Shown: positions 17,039 to 26,500 of the stretch, in pieces
How the letters are laid out: every line of letters begins with the position of its first letter
How positions within the stretch are numbered: the stretch's first letter is position 1
Source: Haloquadratum walsbyi C23
Lineage (GTDB): Archaea; Halobacteriota; Halobacteria; Halobacteriales; Haloferacaceae
Direction of reading: 5' to 3'
Assembly (NCBI RefSeq): GCF_000237865.1
Contig: NC_017459.1
Coordinates: forward strand, 1,530,001-1,562,000
DNA length: 32,000 nt
Program-made: the position numbers and the translations under genes
Notes under the pieces: model-generated
What the model was told of the DNA's origin: nothing
The model's input: only the letters and a program-made list of their open reading frames with translations
Databases searched by the model: none

Positions 17039-17275
17039 GTGAGAAAAGCGGATATGATTCCTGATTCAATGAAGGAAGATATCAGAGGGGTAGACAGTGG
17101 AAAAATGAATAGTCCATGTATTGGAGTATGTAATATCGATGAATCAAAAGAGGTATGTAGTAATTGCGGTCGGACACTTGATCAAATCGCAATCTGGACA
17201 GGGATGACACCATCTGAGCGGCAGGAAATCATAGAGGAATTAAAAGAGATGGGTTATCCGAAGCCAGATGCGTGA
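17039..17275 (+). CDS. DUF1289 domain protein (small putative Fe-S / Cys-cluster protein)
   Basis: SPCIGVCNIDESKEVCSNCGRTLDQIAIWTGMTPSERQEI matches the DUF1289 signature SPC.g.C......C.GC.Rt..Ei..W..m...e. The ORF starts with GTG at 17039; ATG at 17054 is an alternative. Confidence 0.78.
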   Translation: MRKADMIPDSMKEDIRGVDSGKMNSPCIGVCNIDESKEVCSNCGRTLDQIAIWTGMTPSERQEIIEELKEMGYPKPDA

Positions 17276-17538
17276 GAAGTAATCAGGGTCATGATAACTG
17301 TGAGTTGCATCATATTGACAGAATATCAATACGAATATCTCAGGAATCGAATATGACCCTCCGAGGTACTTCACATTGGTATTACATTGGAGCACACATA
17401 CCACCCAAACTGAATTATATAGCAAACGGTCAGTAATATGTCTATTATCGGTAATGTCTACAGAGAGAGTAGCCAGAGTGCCTCGGAGCTTAGATGTGAC
17501 CTCGAGACGGTTCAGTTTCGATACTCTATCATGAGGAT

Positions 17539-18762
17539 TCAAGATTGTTTGAGATTACTGACCGGTCGGATTGTAAACACAGAGAGTCCAGCTAATCCCA
17601 TCAGTATGGCACCTATCAAAAATGAGATGGACCAACCAACTCTCGTGATAAGAATGCTTGCAACAGAACCGGCAAACAGGCTTCCCCAGAGCTTAGCGGT
17701 ATAGAGGGTGGCGTAATTCTCTGATGAGTACTTGCGCCCATAGTATTCCCCAATTAGTGTCGGAAAAATAGCAAACACTGGGCTTCTAAAGAATCCAGCG
17801 ACTGCGACACAAATAATAAAAACTGGGGCGATACCACTCGAACCACTAACGACAGCGCCGGCAATCCCAATCGCGCTGAGTAATAAAGAACTTCCAACTG
17901 TCCGGATTGACCCAAGTCGATCTGAGAGCCCTCCCACAATGAGGACTCCGGAGCCATCCGCAATAGCAATAATCGATGCAGCAGCGGTCGCAACCCCAGC
18001 TGATAATTCCATTGCATCACTGAATGCAATGAGCTTTCCAATGAGCATGAGACCAACGCCATTGACAATTACAAAAGCACCATAGAGAATCCAAAACTGC
18101 CAGGTCTGAATCACATCAGTCCAAGCATATTCTTTTGTCTCCGTCACTGGATCCGTCTTTTCGGCTGTTCCACCCGGAGTAGTATCGATTTGAGGATCAC
18201 GGAGAATAATGGCGGCAAGCAGACAAGTAAGAGCGGCGAGAACCGCGAAAAAGAGCAATGTTCGCTGGAAAGTCCCAAGAATGCTCCCTCGTGTGAGCGG
18301 GATGAGCCCAAAACTCAAAACTGCGTATGACATCGTAATAATACCGGTTGCAAGACCACGATACTCATCAAACCATTTTACCGGTGTATTCACTGCAACT
18401 GTGTATATTGCTCCAGCACCACCCCCACCCGCAACGACTGCAAGACCAGCAGTAACCGGTGATGAAGCAATTGAGAGTCCAACATACCCGCCTGTCATAA
18501 GAAGTGCCCCTGCAAGTGTCGGAATCCGCGGACCATACCGGTCTCGGACCCATCCTGCGGGGAATTGAACAACTGTCTGAACTGCAATCACCAATGTAAA
18601 TAGTGTTCCCAGTGTTGCCTCTGTTGTGCCAATTTGTGTCCCAAGTGGTCCGCGAATAGATGACCAAACAAACTGAAAGGTTCCTGCCATTCCCATAGCA
18701 AGAGCACCACCTGCGATGAGCCACCATCGAGAAAACGAAAGCGAACGTCGCTGTTCAGCCAT
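17539..18762 (-). CDS. MFS transporter, oxalate/formate antiporter (OFA)-like
   Basis: 407 aa with about 12 hydrophobic helices. The N-terminus RWWLIAGGALAMGMAGTFQFVWSSIRGPL and the motif GWVRDRYGPR are typical of OFA-family MFS proteins. Confidence 0.85.
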   Translation of the reverse strand: MAEQRRSLSFSRWWLIAGGALAMGMAGTFQFVWSSIRGPLGTQIGTTEATLGTLFTLVIAVQTVVQFPAGWVRDRYGPRIPTLAGALLMTGGYVGLSIASSPVTAGLAVVAGGGGAGAIYTVAVNTPVKWFDEYRGLATGIITMSYAVLSFGLIPLTRGSILGTFQRTLLFFAVLAALTCLLAAIILRDPQIDTTPGGTAEKTDPVTETKEYAWTDVIQTWQFWILYGAFVIVNGVGLMLIGKLIAFSDAMELSAGVATAAASIIAIADGSGVLIVGGLSDRLGSIRTVGSSLLLSAIGIAGAVVSGSSGIAPVFIICVAVAGFFRSPVFAIFPTLIGEYYGRKYSSENYATLYTAKLWGSLFAGSVASILITRVGWSISFLIGAILMGLAGLSVFTIRPVSNLKQS

Positions 18763-19354
18763 CGCCTCGGGTTATGTTATTATATGTATCTCGTGTCGAC
18801 ATAATGCCACTTGCCCTGCTGGTGTTGGTATCTATCAATTGATGCCAGTGTACCGACCTCAGTGCGCGGTTTGATAATCTTGATCTGCACAAATTCGCCC
18901 ATTGTTTTTTGAGAAGAGTCGACTGTACAGTAGGACTTACACATCCAAGCAATGGTATTATTTCAGACATCTAAATTTCAGGCGCTGGTAATAACTCTGA
19001 GGCGACTCCATATAATATGTACATTAGTATTTTTTCCGAGTAAACATATGAACTTCCATTTCAGTTCACTTGTGGTGTATCTTTTTGTACACACGTTAAC
19101 AAATAGACTATCCAATGTGGCATCATTCATACATACCCAAATCGAATCCATCCTGTTGTGCGTATCGAGTTTGATAATCAATAGCCGGAGTCAAGCAGCC
19201 ACTCCAATCAAAAGACAACATTCTCAATTCTAATCGGTGGATAGTTTTATATGCTGAGCAGGCGCAATACCCGCCTTCAGGCCGTGGATACGCGCCGTCA
19301 CGCCCTCCAAAATCCTACTGTCGTCGCCCAATTCAAATTTCAAAATACACATAT

Positions 19355-19788
19355 TTAAATGACAGGCAATCACACAATAATAGAGGAATCGGTTGGAAAC
19401 AGAGCGATTCCCGCCAGTCCGACGATGGCGGCCTGTCCGCCCCAAGCAATCAGACAATCATCGGAACCAGTCTGGTGAACGGTCGGTTCCTCTAATGAAC
19501 CGATACAGATGCAGATGCTGTGCCCGACTGCTTGAAAACACCACAGAAAGTAACTCCGAGTTTGCTAACACCTGCCGGCGTCCCTGCGGCAAAAACAACG
19601 CTTGGACGCCGTACATGGTCGAAAATAGGAGTACCGGCGGCTTGGCACCGCCAGCAGTCCCACCCGCCCCCGCCTCAGACCGCGAACAACCCTTCAGATT
19701 CTCACTGGCTGGTTGTTCGGTGGGAGTGTTAAACCTGACACTCCCAACGCTCGGGATTCCTCCGCGTGAACGCGGAGGAGGATGTCAA
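19355..19788 (+). mobile_element. MITE-like, tnpB-less derivative of an IS200/IS605-family (IS1341-type) element, copy 2
   Basis: It aligns with 570-1018 on the same strand. It ends in the perfect hairpin CCTCCGCG-tgaa-CGCGGAGG (19759-19778) followed by GATGTCAA, and similarity to copy 1 stops exactly after TGTCAA. The tail frame reads ...APPAVPPAP...LNLTLPTLGIPPRERGGGCQD, parallel to copy 1. Confidence 0.6.
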
Positions 19789-19951
19789 GATTGAATCCAT
19801 CTGTGACTTTGATATCAATATGGTACGAGAATCTGAGCGAATTGTGCTTGAATCGCTATTTCAGGAGATAACTAATCGATTTGAATATATTGCAGAGATA
19901 TACGTTGCTCACTCTCCATCCATTATTGACGTTTCGTGATTACACATTACT

Positions 19952-20311
19952 GTGCATACAACCGAAGCGGAGTCACTCAAACAACCACTCGAAATCACGA
20001 CTGCTGAAAAGAGTGGGATGATGATCGATACTAGGAGGGCAGAATCACTCTTCATTCCGTTTGATATGATGGCAACTATCGATGGGGGCGGGCATAGACA
20101 GGGTATCAATGGTACAACGGTCTATATGAGCAAAAACATCATTAGCGCCGAATCACGTGAGTTGGATATTGGATTATCGATACTTCGACAGAAAATTGCC
20201 GGCGAATGTCCGTCCTGTGGTGATACCGTTGAGTCATTCAACAATCATTACAAAACGAGTCGGATGTGTCGTGAGGAAGAAACAAATAATCGCTTTACAG
20301 TCCGAAATTAA
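19952..20311 (+). CDS. Small CPxCG-type zinc-finger protein (hypothetical)
   Basis: The ORF carries the CPSCG motif followed by ...HYKTSRMC near the C-terminus, the pattern of haloarchaeal small CPxCG-related zinc-finger proteins. The start is uncertain: GTG at 19952 or ATG at 20018. Confidence 0.4.
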   Translation: MHTTEAESLKQPLEITTAEKSGMMIDTRRAESLFIPFDMMATIDGGGHRQGINGTTVYMSKNIISAESRELDIGLSILRQKIAGECPSCGDTVESFNNHYKTSRMCREEETNNRFTVRN

Positions 20312-20521
20312 CGTATATATGTCGAAATTATCTTAGAGATCTATTTTATTTCAATTGCTCTGTGGATCTGCAGATGCTGATATTATTGATCGTGACATCC
20401 TCATATGAATGAATCCAGGATTTCACCCGTTGGGTAATATTATGATACTAATATAGTGAGCGAATGTAATATTCTGGTATATCGACGTGTGTCGTCTGAG
20501 CGCTGATAGATTGCTATTGCG

Positions 20522-20848
20522 TTATTGATTTGCTCCTTTCGCAGGCGCGTATAGGACAGACATGACTAATTCATCTTCAAACTCGAGGAACTGATGATCA
20601 GTGCCTGGTTCAAGATGAATCACATCGCCTGAGGAGACGGGGGTAATATCCCCCTCGACGTTGATCTTTCCAGCACCAGAGTCGACATGATAGATTTCTT
20701 CTTCAGCGTGCGCATGCATTGGATCTTCATCGCCCGGTTCAAATCGCATTACCTCAAGACTAAATGAGTCTGTTCGGATCGATTCAACAGACTCTTTAGC
20801 TTCTTCTTCCAACTCTGCGGCTTCCTCAGCGATTGCAATTGCGTTCAT
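20522..20848 (-). CDS. Cupin-domain protein
   Basis: From MNAIAIAEE..., the motifs GDEDPMHAHAEEEIYHVDSG and GDVIHLEPGTDHQF match cupin motifs 1 and 2. The upstream 42 codons of the long ORF (to 20974) are AT-rich and non-acidic, so they were excluded. Confidence 0.78.
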   Translation of the reverse strand: MNAIAIAEEAAELEEEAKESVESIRTDSFSLEVMRFEPGDEDPMHAHAEEEIYHVDSGAGKINVEGDITPVSSGDVIHLEPGTDHQFLEFEDELVMSVLYAPAKGANQ

Positions 20849-21083
20849 CGACAGATCAATATAATGGTGCGAGTAGGTTGTATGTTTTGGTAACTCTGAT
20901 ATGGGTAGTATTATATTGGGTATATATGCGAACAAAGATAACATATAATCCAACATCGTATAACGAATAGTCATAATCAGCCAATTTTCCGAAGTCTATA
21001 TTCGCCATTTTGTGATCAATTTTATGCATAAGATAGATCTCTGAGAATATTATGTGTTCAACGCGTGAGAAATAAATTAATCA

Positions 21084-21104
21084 AAAATCGAAAATCGAAA
21101 ATCG
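21084..21104. repeat. Tandem heptamer (AAAATCG)x3
   Basis: Read directly as aaaatcg aaaatcg aaaatcg in the AT-rich spacer between the cupin and chelatase genes. Confidence 0.9.
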
Positions 21105-21265
21105 AGTCTCAAAAATAATAAAATATAGATAGTATGACTCTATCGATAAATAGATGATAAGTTATCTCAGATATACTCATCGTATAATTTACTTCCTATA
21201 CAGTTGAACCGCGTGAATTGCGTTCTGTTCAATCCCCAAGCAATGCGATTTATTCCGTCTGTATA

Positions 21266-23554
21266 TTATCTATTGCTCTGTGCAGTAGAAACCGCTGCAT
21301 CAACGCGTTCAGCTGTTAGTGCCGACAGTGGAATCCGCTCACCATTCGTTACCGAAACAATCGTATCAGTGACTGTGGCTCTCGAGCGTGACCCGGCATC
21401 AACGACAACGACGTGTGGATTATGTGCTGCGAGAGTCCTCGCGGCTGAACGAACTGCAGCTGTCGGTCGCTCTCCAACAGCGTTCGCACGACCATCAGTG
21501 ACAAGTACGACAATCCCGGTATCAGGGTCTGCACGTGAGAGCACTTCTGTTGTTGTCTCGATTCCCGCGGTGAGTGGTGTTTGATCACCGGTCGGCAACT
21601 CTTTGAGATGGCGTGCGGCTAAGCTTACATTATCTGTTGGTGGAAGCATGACGTCAGCATTATCGCCTGCAAATGCAACGAGTGCTACTTCATCACGTTG
21701 TTGATATGCATCCTTCAGCAGTTCAATTGCGACGCCTTTTGCTGTCCGCATCGGCTTACGCATTGAAGCACTCGCATCAACAGCAAAAATCACTAGTGCT
21801 GATGTTTCGCCTGCACGAACCGACTGTCGAAGGTCCCGAGACGTTACTTGATCTGCTCCCCGTGAGGCAGCCGCTCGAATCGAGGCACCAGCATCAACAT
21901 CAGAATCTGTTGGTGCTGCTCGTTCGGTCCGAACACGGGCACCACGGTTTGTTGTATCCATTTTTCCCGACTGCGACCCACCATTCGACGCATCATTTGA
22001 TTGATTCTGTCGTTCATTTTGCGAATCAATATTGATATCAGGAGCTCGTGTCACCGATTGATCCGGATCTACTGCCGTCTCAGTAGATGGCTGTCCAGGA
22101 ACTCGTGGCGTTATCTGTTCAGTATCGGATTCATCATCACTATCACCACCATTTTGATTATCCCCAGATTCACCATTAGGATGGGATTCATCATCATCTA
22201 TGTCATCATTATCCGCAGATGTGCTCTCATCCGATCCCGAATCACCTGATTGTGGTGGCGGTCTATTGGACCCATCTTGTGTTTCATCGATATCTGCTCT
22301 ATCCTCACGATGTTCAGGAATATTCGCGTCATCATTATTTGCACCCTGCTCAGTACTCCTGTTGCTGTCATCATTTGATGACTGCTCTGATTGTGAGCGA
22401 TCAACTTGAGAATTATTTCCGTCAGTACCGTCACCATCGTCATCATCACTCTTTTGTGTATCTGCATCCGCATCATCTGCCGTATTATCGGTGCCATCTC
22501 CTTCGTCGTCGAAGTGTTCATCGAGAACATCCTCTGGATCCGGTGCATCTTCAAATGGTGTTGACTGTAGTCGATGTGGAAGTGCAAGCTCAGCTGCTCG
22601 GCGGACATCCCCCTCGATGACTGTCGTCCGTCCTGCAAGTGCAGCAAACGTGATTGCAGCGCGAGCTGTTGCGATATCAGCGCGATGACCGTCAACACCA
22701 GCGTCACGACAGAGCTCTGCAATATCGGTTGTGAACGACGATGGAAGCGTAACTGATGGAAGCAACTCGCGAGCACGAACGATTCGCTCATGAACAGCGG
22801 TGTGACTGTTTGTCTCTGTAGAACTATTAGATAGATGTATGTTAGTTTGATCTGTTGAATCATCAGCGTCTTGATCATCCTCAAGTACCTGCTCGATTAC
22901 ATCGACCCGGTCGGGAATCTCTTCAAGTCCGCTGACAGTTGCTTGTAACGCGAATCGATCCTTCAACTGTGGTCGGAGGTCACCCTCTTCGGGATTCATC
23001 GTCCCGATAAGGGTAAATGAAGCCGGATGAGTAACGCTGACTCCATCACGTTCAACCCGATTCTCACCGCTTGCAGCAGCATCAAGTATTATATCTACAA
23101 GATGATCATCAAGAAGATTTACCTCATCAACATACAATAAGCCACGATTGGCAGCTGCAAGTAACCCTGGATCGAATTCAGACTCACCCTCAAGCGCAGC
23201 CTCAACCGAGAGACTCCCGACAACTCGCTCCCGAGTTGCCCCGAGTGGAAGTGTTATGAGTGGAACTGGACGGAGCTCGACGGATGGGTTCATTCGCTCT
23301 TGACAGTCCGCACACTGCATCGACGGCGCATCAGGTGGACATCCATATGAACACTCAGCAACGACACGCTGTTCGGGTAATATCGTCTGTAGTGCCCGCA
23401 CAGCTGTTGATTTTGCTGTTCCTTTCTCACCCTGAATGAGTAATCCATCAAGTGAATCGTTGACGACAACCGATATGAGCGCATTCTTTAATTCATCCTG
23501 TCCGACAATGTCGGCGAATGCGACTGGCGTCGAAGTTTTTTTACTGTTCGCCAT
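21266..23554 (-). CDS. Chelatase ATPase/VWA subunit: ChlI-like AAA+ module fused to a ChlD-like von Willebrand A domain, presumed partner of CobN
   Basis: The N-terminal AAA+ module contains FADIVGQDELKNAL, GEKGTAKST (Walker A), LLYVDEVNLLDDHLVD (Walker B) and LIGTMNPEEGDLRPQLKDRF. The C-terminal VWA/MIDAS domain contains VIFAVDASASM...GDQTPLTAG...VLVTDGRAN. The two are joined by a very long acidic low-complexity linker. The start is placed at MANSKK (23554). Confidence 0.9.
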   Translation of the reverse strand: MANSKKTSTPVAFADIVGQDELKNALISVVVNDSLDGLLIQGEKGTAKSTAVRALQTILPEQRVVAECSYGCPPDAPSMQCADCQERMNPSVELRPVPLITLPLGATRERVVGSLSVEAALEGESEFDPGLLAAANRGLLYVDEVNLLDDHLVDIILDAAASGENRVERDGVSVTHPASFTLIGTMNPEEGDLRPQLKDRFALQATVSGLEEIPDRVDVIEQVLEDDQDADDSTDQTNIHLSNSSTETNSHTAVHERIVRARELLPSVTLPSSFTTDIAELCRDAGVDGHRADIATARAAITFAALAGRTTVIEGDVRRAAELALPHRLQSTPFEDAPDPEDVLDEHFDDEGDGTDNTADDADADTQKSDDDDGDGTDGNNSQVDRSQSEQSSNDDSNRSTEQGANNDDANIPEHREDRADIDETQDGSNRPPPQSGDSGSDESTSADNDDIDDDESHPNGESGDNQNGGDSDDESDTEQITPRVPGQPSTETAVDPDQSVTRAPDINIDSQNERQNQSNDASNGGSQSGKMDTTNRGARVRTERAAPTDSDVDAGASIRAAASRGADQVTSRDLRQSVRAGETSALVIFAVDASASMRKPMRTAKGVAIELLKDAYQQRDEVALVAFAGDNADVMLPPTDNVSLAARHLKELPTGDQTPLTAGIETTTEVLSRADPDTGIVVLVTDGRANAVGERPTAAVRSAARTLAAHNPHVVVVDAGSRSRATVTDTIVSVTNGERIPLSALTAERVDAAVSTAQSNR

Positions 23555-23597
23555 ATCAACCTTTTTTGCACTAATACAATAGAGGTTTAACAACATT

Positions 23598-26500
23598 ATG
23601 CCTACAATCGGTCTTTATACGGCGACTGAGAACGAACTCGGATCAGTTCAGCGCGCTGCTGCTGGTCTTGCTGATGATATTTCTCTTGTCGTTCGGTCAG
23701 CAAGCGATCTTGACGACCCAACCGACACGAAGGCGTTTCTTTCAGAGGTGACAAACACCGATACTGACGCAATAGCAACGATATTCTGGCTTCATGGCGG
23801 CGAAGAGAGTCTTCCAGGGTATGAACAGGCTGTTGACAAGCTTGCGGAAGCAGGGGTTCCACTCATTGTCAAATCAACTGGTGATGCATATGCAATGGAG
23901 GACACGTCTGTTGATGCCACCACCCGCGATCAGGCATATGAGTATCTTGACCGCGGTGGAACAAGCAATATCACGAATCTACTCCGATATCTGGCTGAGA
24001 CATTCGGATCTGATACATACCCATATGATGACCCAGTGACGCTTCCCACGGAAGGAGTATATCACCCTGATCATCCAGGAGCGAGCTATGATGAACTTCG
24101 ATCGACATTTGATCCAGATCGTCCCACAGTCGCAATCTGGTTTTATGAATCTCATTGGACGCATGAGAACACTCAATACATTGATGCACAAGTGCGAGCA
24201 CTCGAAGACAATGATGCGAATGCACTCCCGATCTTCTGTAATCCAGCAACCGACACCGATGATCAGCAAGACGCTGAATGGGTTACTGACACGTGGTTAA
24301 TTGATGATGGTGACCCGATTGTTGATGCTGTGCTCTCATCATTCATGTTCTCATTATCGATGGATGAGCGAGGACGAAGTGCCAGTGACGAGGGAAACAG
24401 TGCAGAGGATGTTTTCCTTGATCGGCTTGGCGTCCCTGTTCTTCAGACTATTACGACAATGCGCTCACGCTCGCGGTATGAGAGCAGCACTACCGGAGTG
24501 ATGGGATTTGAACTTGCGCTCTCAGTCGCACTTCCAGAGTTTGATGGGAACGTCATCACCCACCCAATCAGCGGGAAAGAACGACTTGATGATGATGCTG
24601 GAATTGGGAGTGCACCGAAGCAGCATCACCCGATGACCGATCGGATTGACCATGCGACTCGTCTCGCAGTCAACTGGGCACGACTCCGATATCTCGAAAA
24701 TGATGAGAAACGTGTTGCTGTTGTACTGCATAATTACCCCCCAAGTGATGATGGTATTGGGACTGCATTTGGACTTGATTCGCCAGAGAGCACTGTCAAT
24801 CTCCTTGACGAGCTCGCTGAACGGGAGTATGACCTTGGTGGTCGTCGACCAGATAGCGGACAAGCCCTTATTGATCAACTTACAGCACAACTCACACTTG
24901 ATGACCGCTGGGTTGCCCCAGCAGATGTTCGTGATCTAAGTGTTGATGTCGTTTCCGCTGATCAGTATCGAGAGTGGTTCCTCGACACTGATGACCGATT
25001 CCAAGAAAATCTCCGTGATGAATGGGGAGCCCCACCAGATCGACCCTTTGCGATTCCAGGTATTGAGTTTGGAAATGTTCTTGTTACCGTTCAGCCACCC
25101 CGTGGATTTGGGATGGACCGATCCAAGATATATCATGACTCAGATCTCCAGCCACCACATGACTATCTCGCCTTTTATAGGTGGCTCCGCGAAGAGTTTG
25201 CGGCTGATGCAGTCGTTCATCTTGGCACGCATGGGTCCTTAGAATGGCTTCCAGGCAAGACTGTTGGACTGAATGGAGAAAGCGCTTCTGACCAACTTGT
25301 CTCAGCACTTCCGAATATCTATCCATATATCATCAACAATCCTGGTGAGGGAACACAAGCCAAGCGGCGGTCATATGCTGCGGTTGTTGATTATCTCACG
25401 CCCGTCATGTCAAATGCGGGAACATACGATGATCTGCAGGAACTCGAATCACTCGCTGAACAGTATCGAGAAGCAGGCATGACTGATGCTCGGAGCGACG
25501 ATGGCGAACAACTTGAGACACTTATTCGCGAGCATGTTGACGAGCTTGATCTTGCAGTCGAATTGGGTATTACAGGCACTATCGATGAGAAAGCAGATAT
25601 TCGCGGTCCTGATGCTGCGGGATCGACACTTGCATCCGGGAGTGTGACGGGTGATATCGTTACTATTGACACCCTTGTCGAACGTATTCACGAATATCTA
25701 ACGGATATAAAAACAACCCAAATTCGAATGGGGCTCCATACGATGAGCGAGCCGCCGATCAACGAGCGTCTTATCGAATATCTCGTTGCACTCACACGAC
25801 TTGAGAATCCTGGAGTGCCAAGTCTTCGTGAGGCAGTCGCTGGTGTTCTTGGTGTTGATTATGACCGACTCCGTAATGACCCCGGAGTCTATGATGAAGC
25901 TCTTGGAATGACATATGCTGCTGCTGCGGATATTGTCTATGAGACAAGTTGTGACCTCGTTGAAACACTCGCGACTGAGAATTTTGAGATTCCAGCATCT
26001 GAACGCGAGGCTGGTCCACATGATGAAGTGAATATGAATTTGCTGGTCGTCGATATTGATACAATTGGTGACGCCCGAGCAAGCGCCGGTGCGCATGATG
26101 ATCTCCGGGAGGTGCTCAAGTTTATTTGCACAGAAGCTGCCCCGCGTGTTGCTGCAGCCGAGGAAGAAATCCCACAGACTGCAGACGCACTCGATGGTGC
26201 GTATGTTGAACCCGGTGGGTCAGGCGCCCCAACACGCGGTGGCGTTGATCTTCTCCCAACTGGGCGAAATTTCTACACACTCGATCCACGGAAGGTTCCA
26301 GCAAAAAGTGCTTGGCGTGTTGGTCGTGAGGTTGCTGCTGGCGTTGCCGAACGACATCACACCGAATCTGGCGAATACCCAGAGGAGATCGGTATTGTCG
26401 CATGGGGGACACCAACAGTTCGAACTCGCGGAGAAACGATTGCACAGGTACTTGCATTGATGGGCGTCGAGCCACAGTGGACCGACGCCGGTCGGATTGA

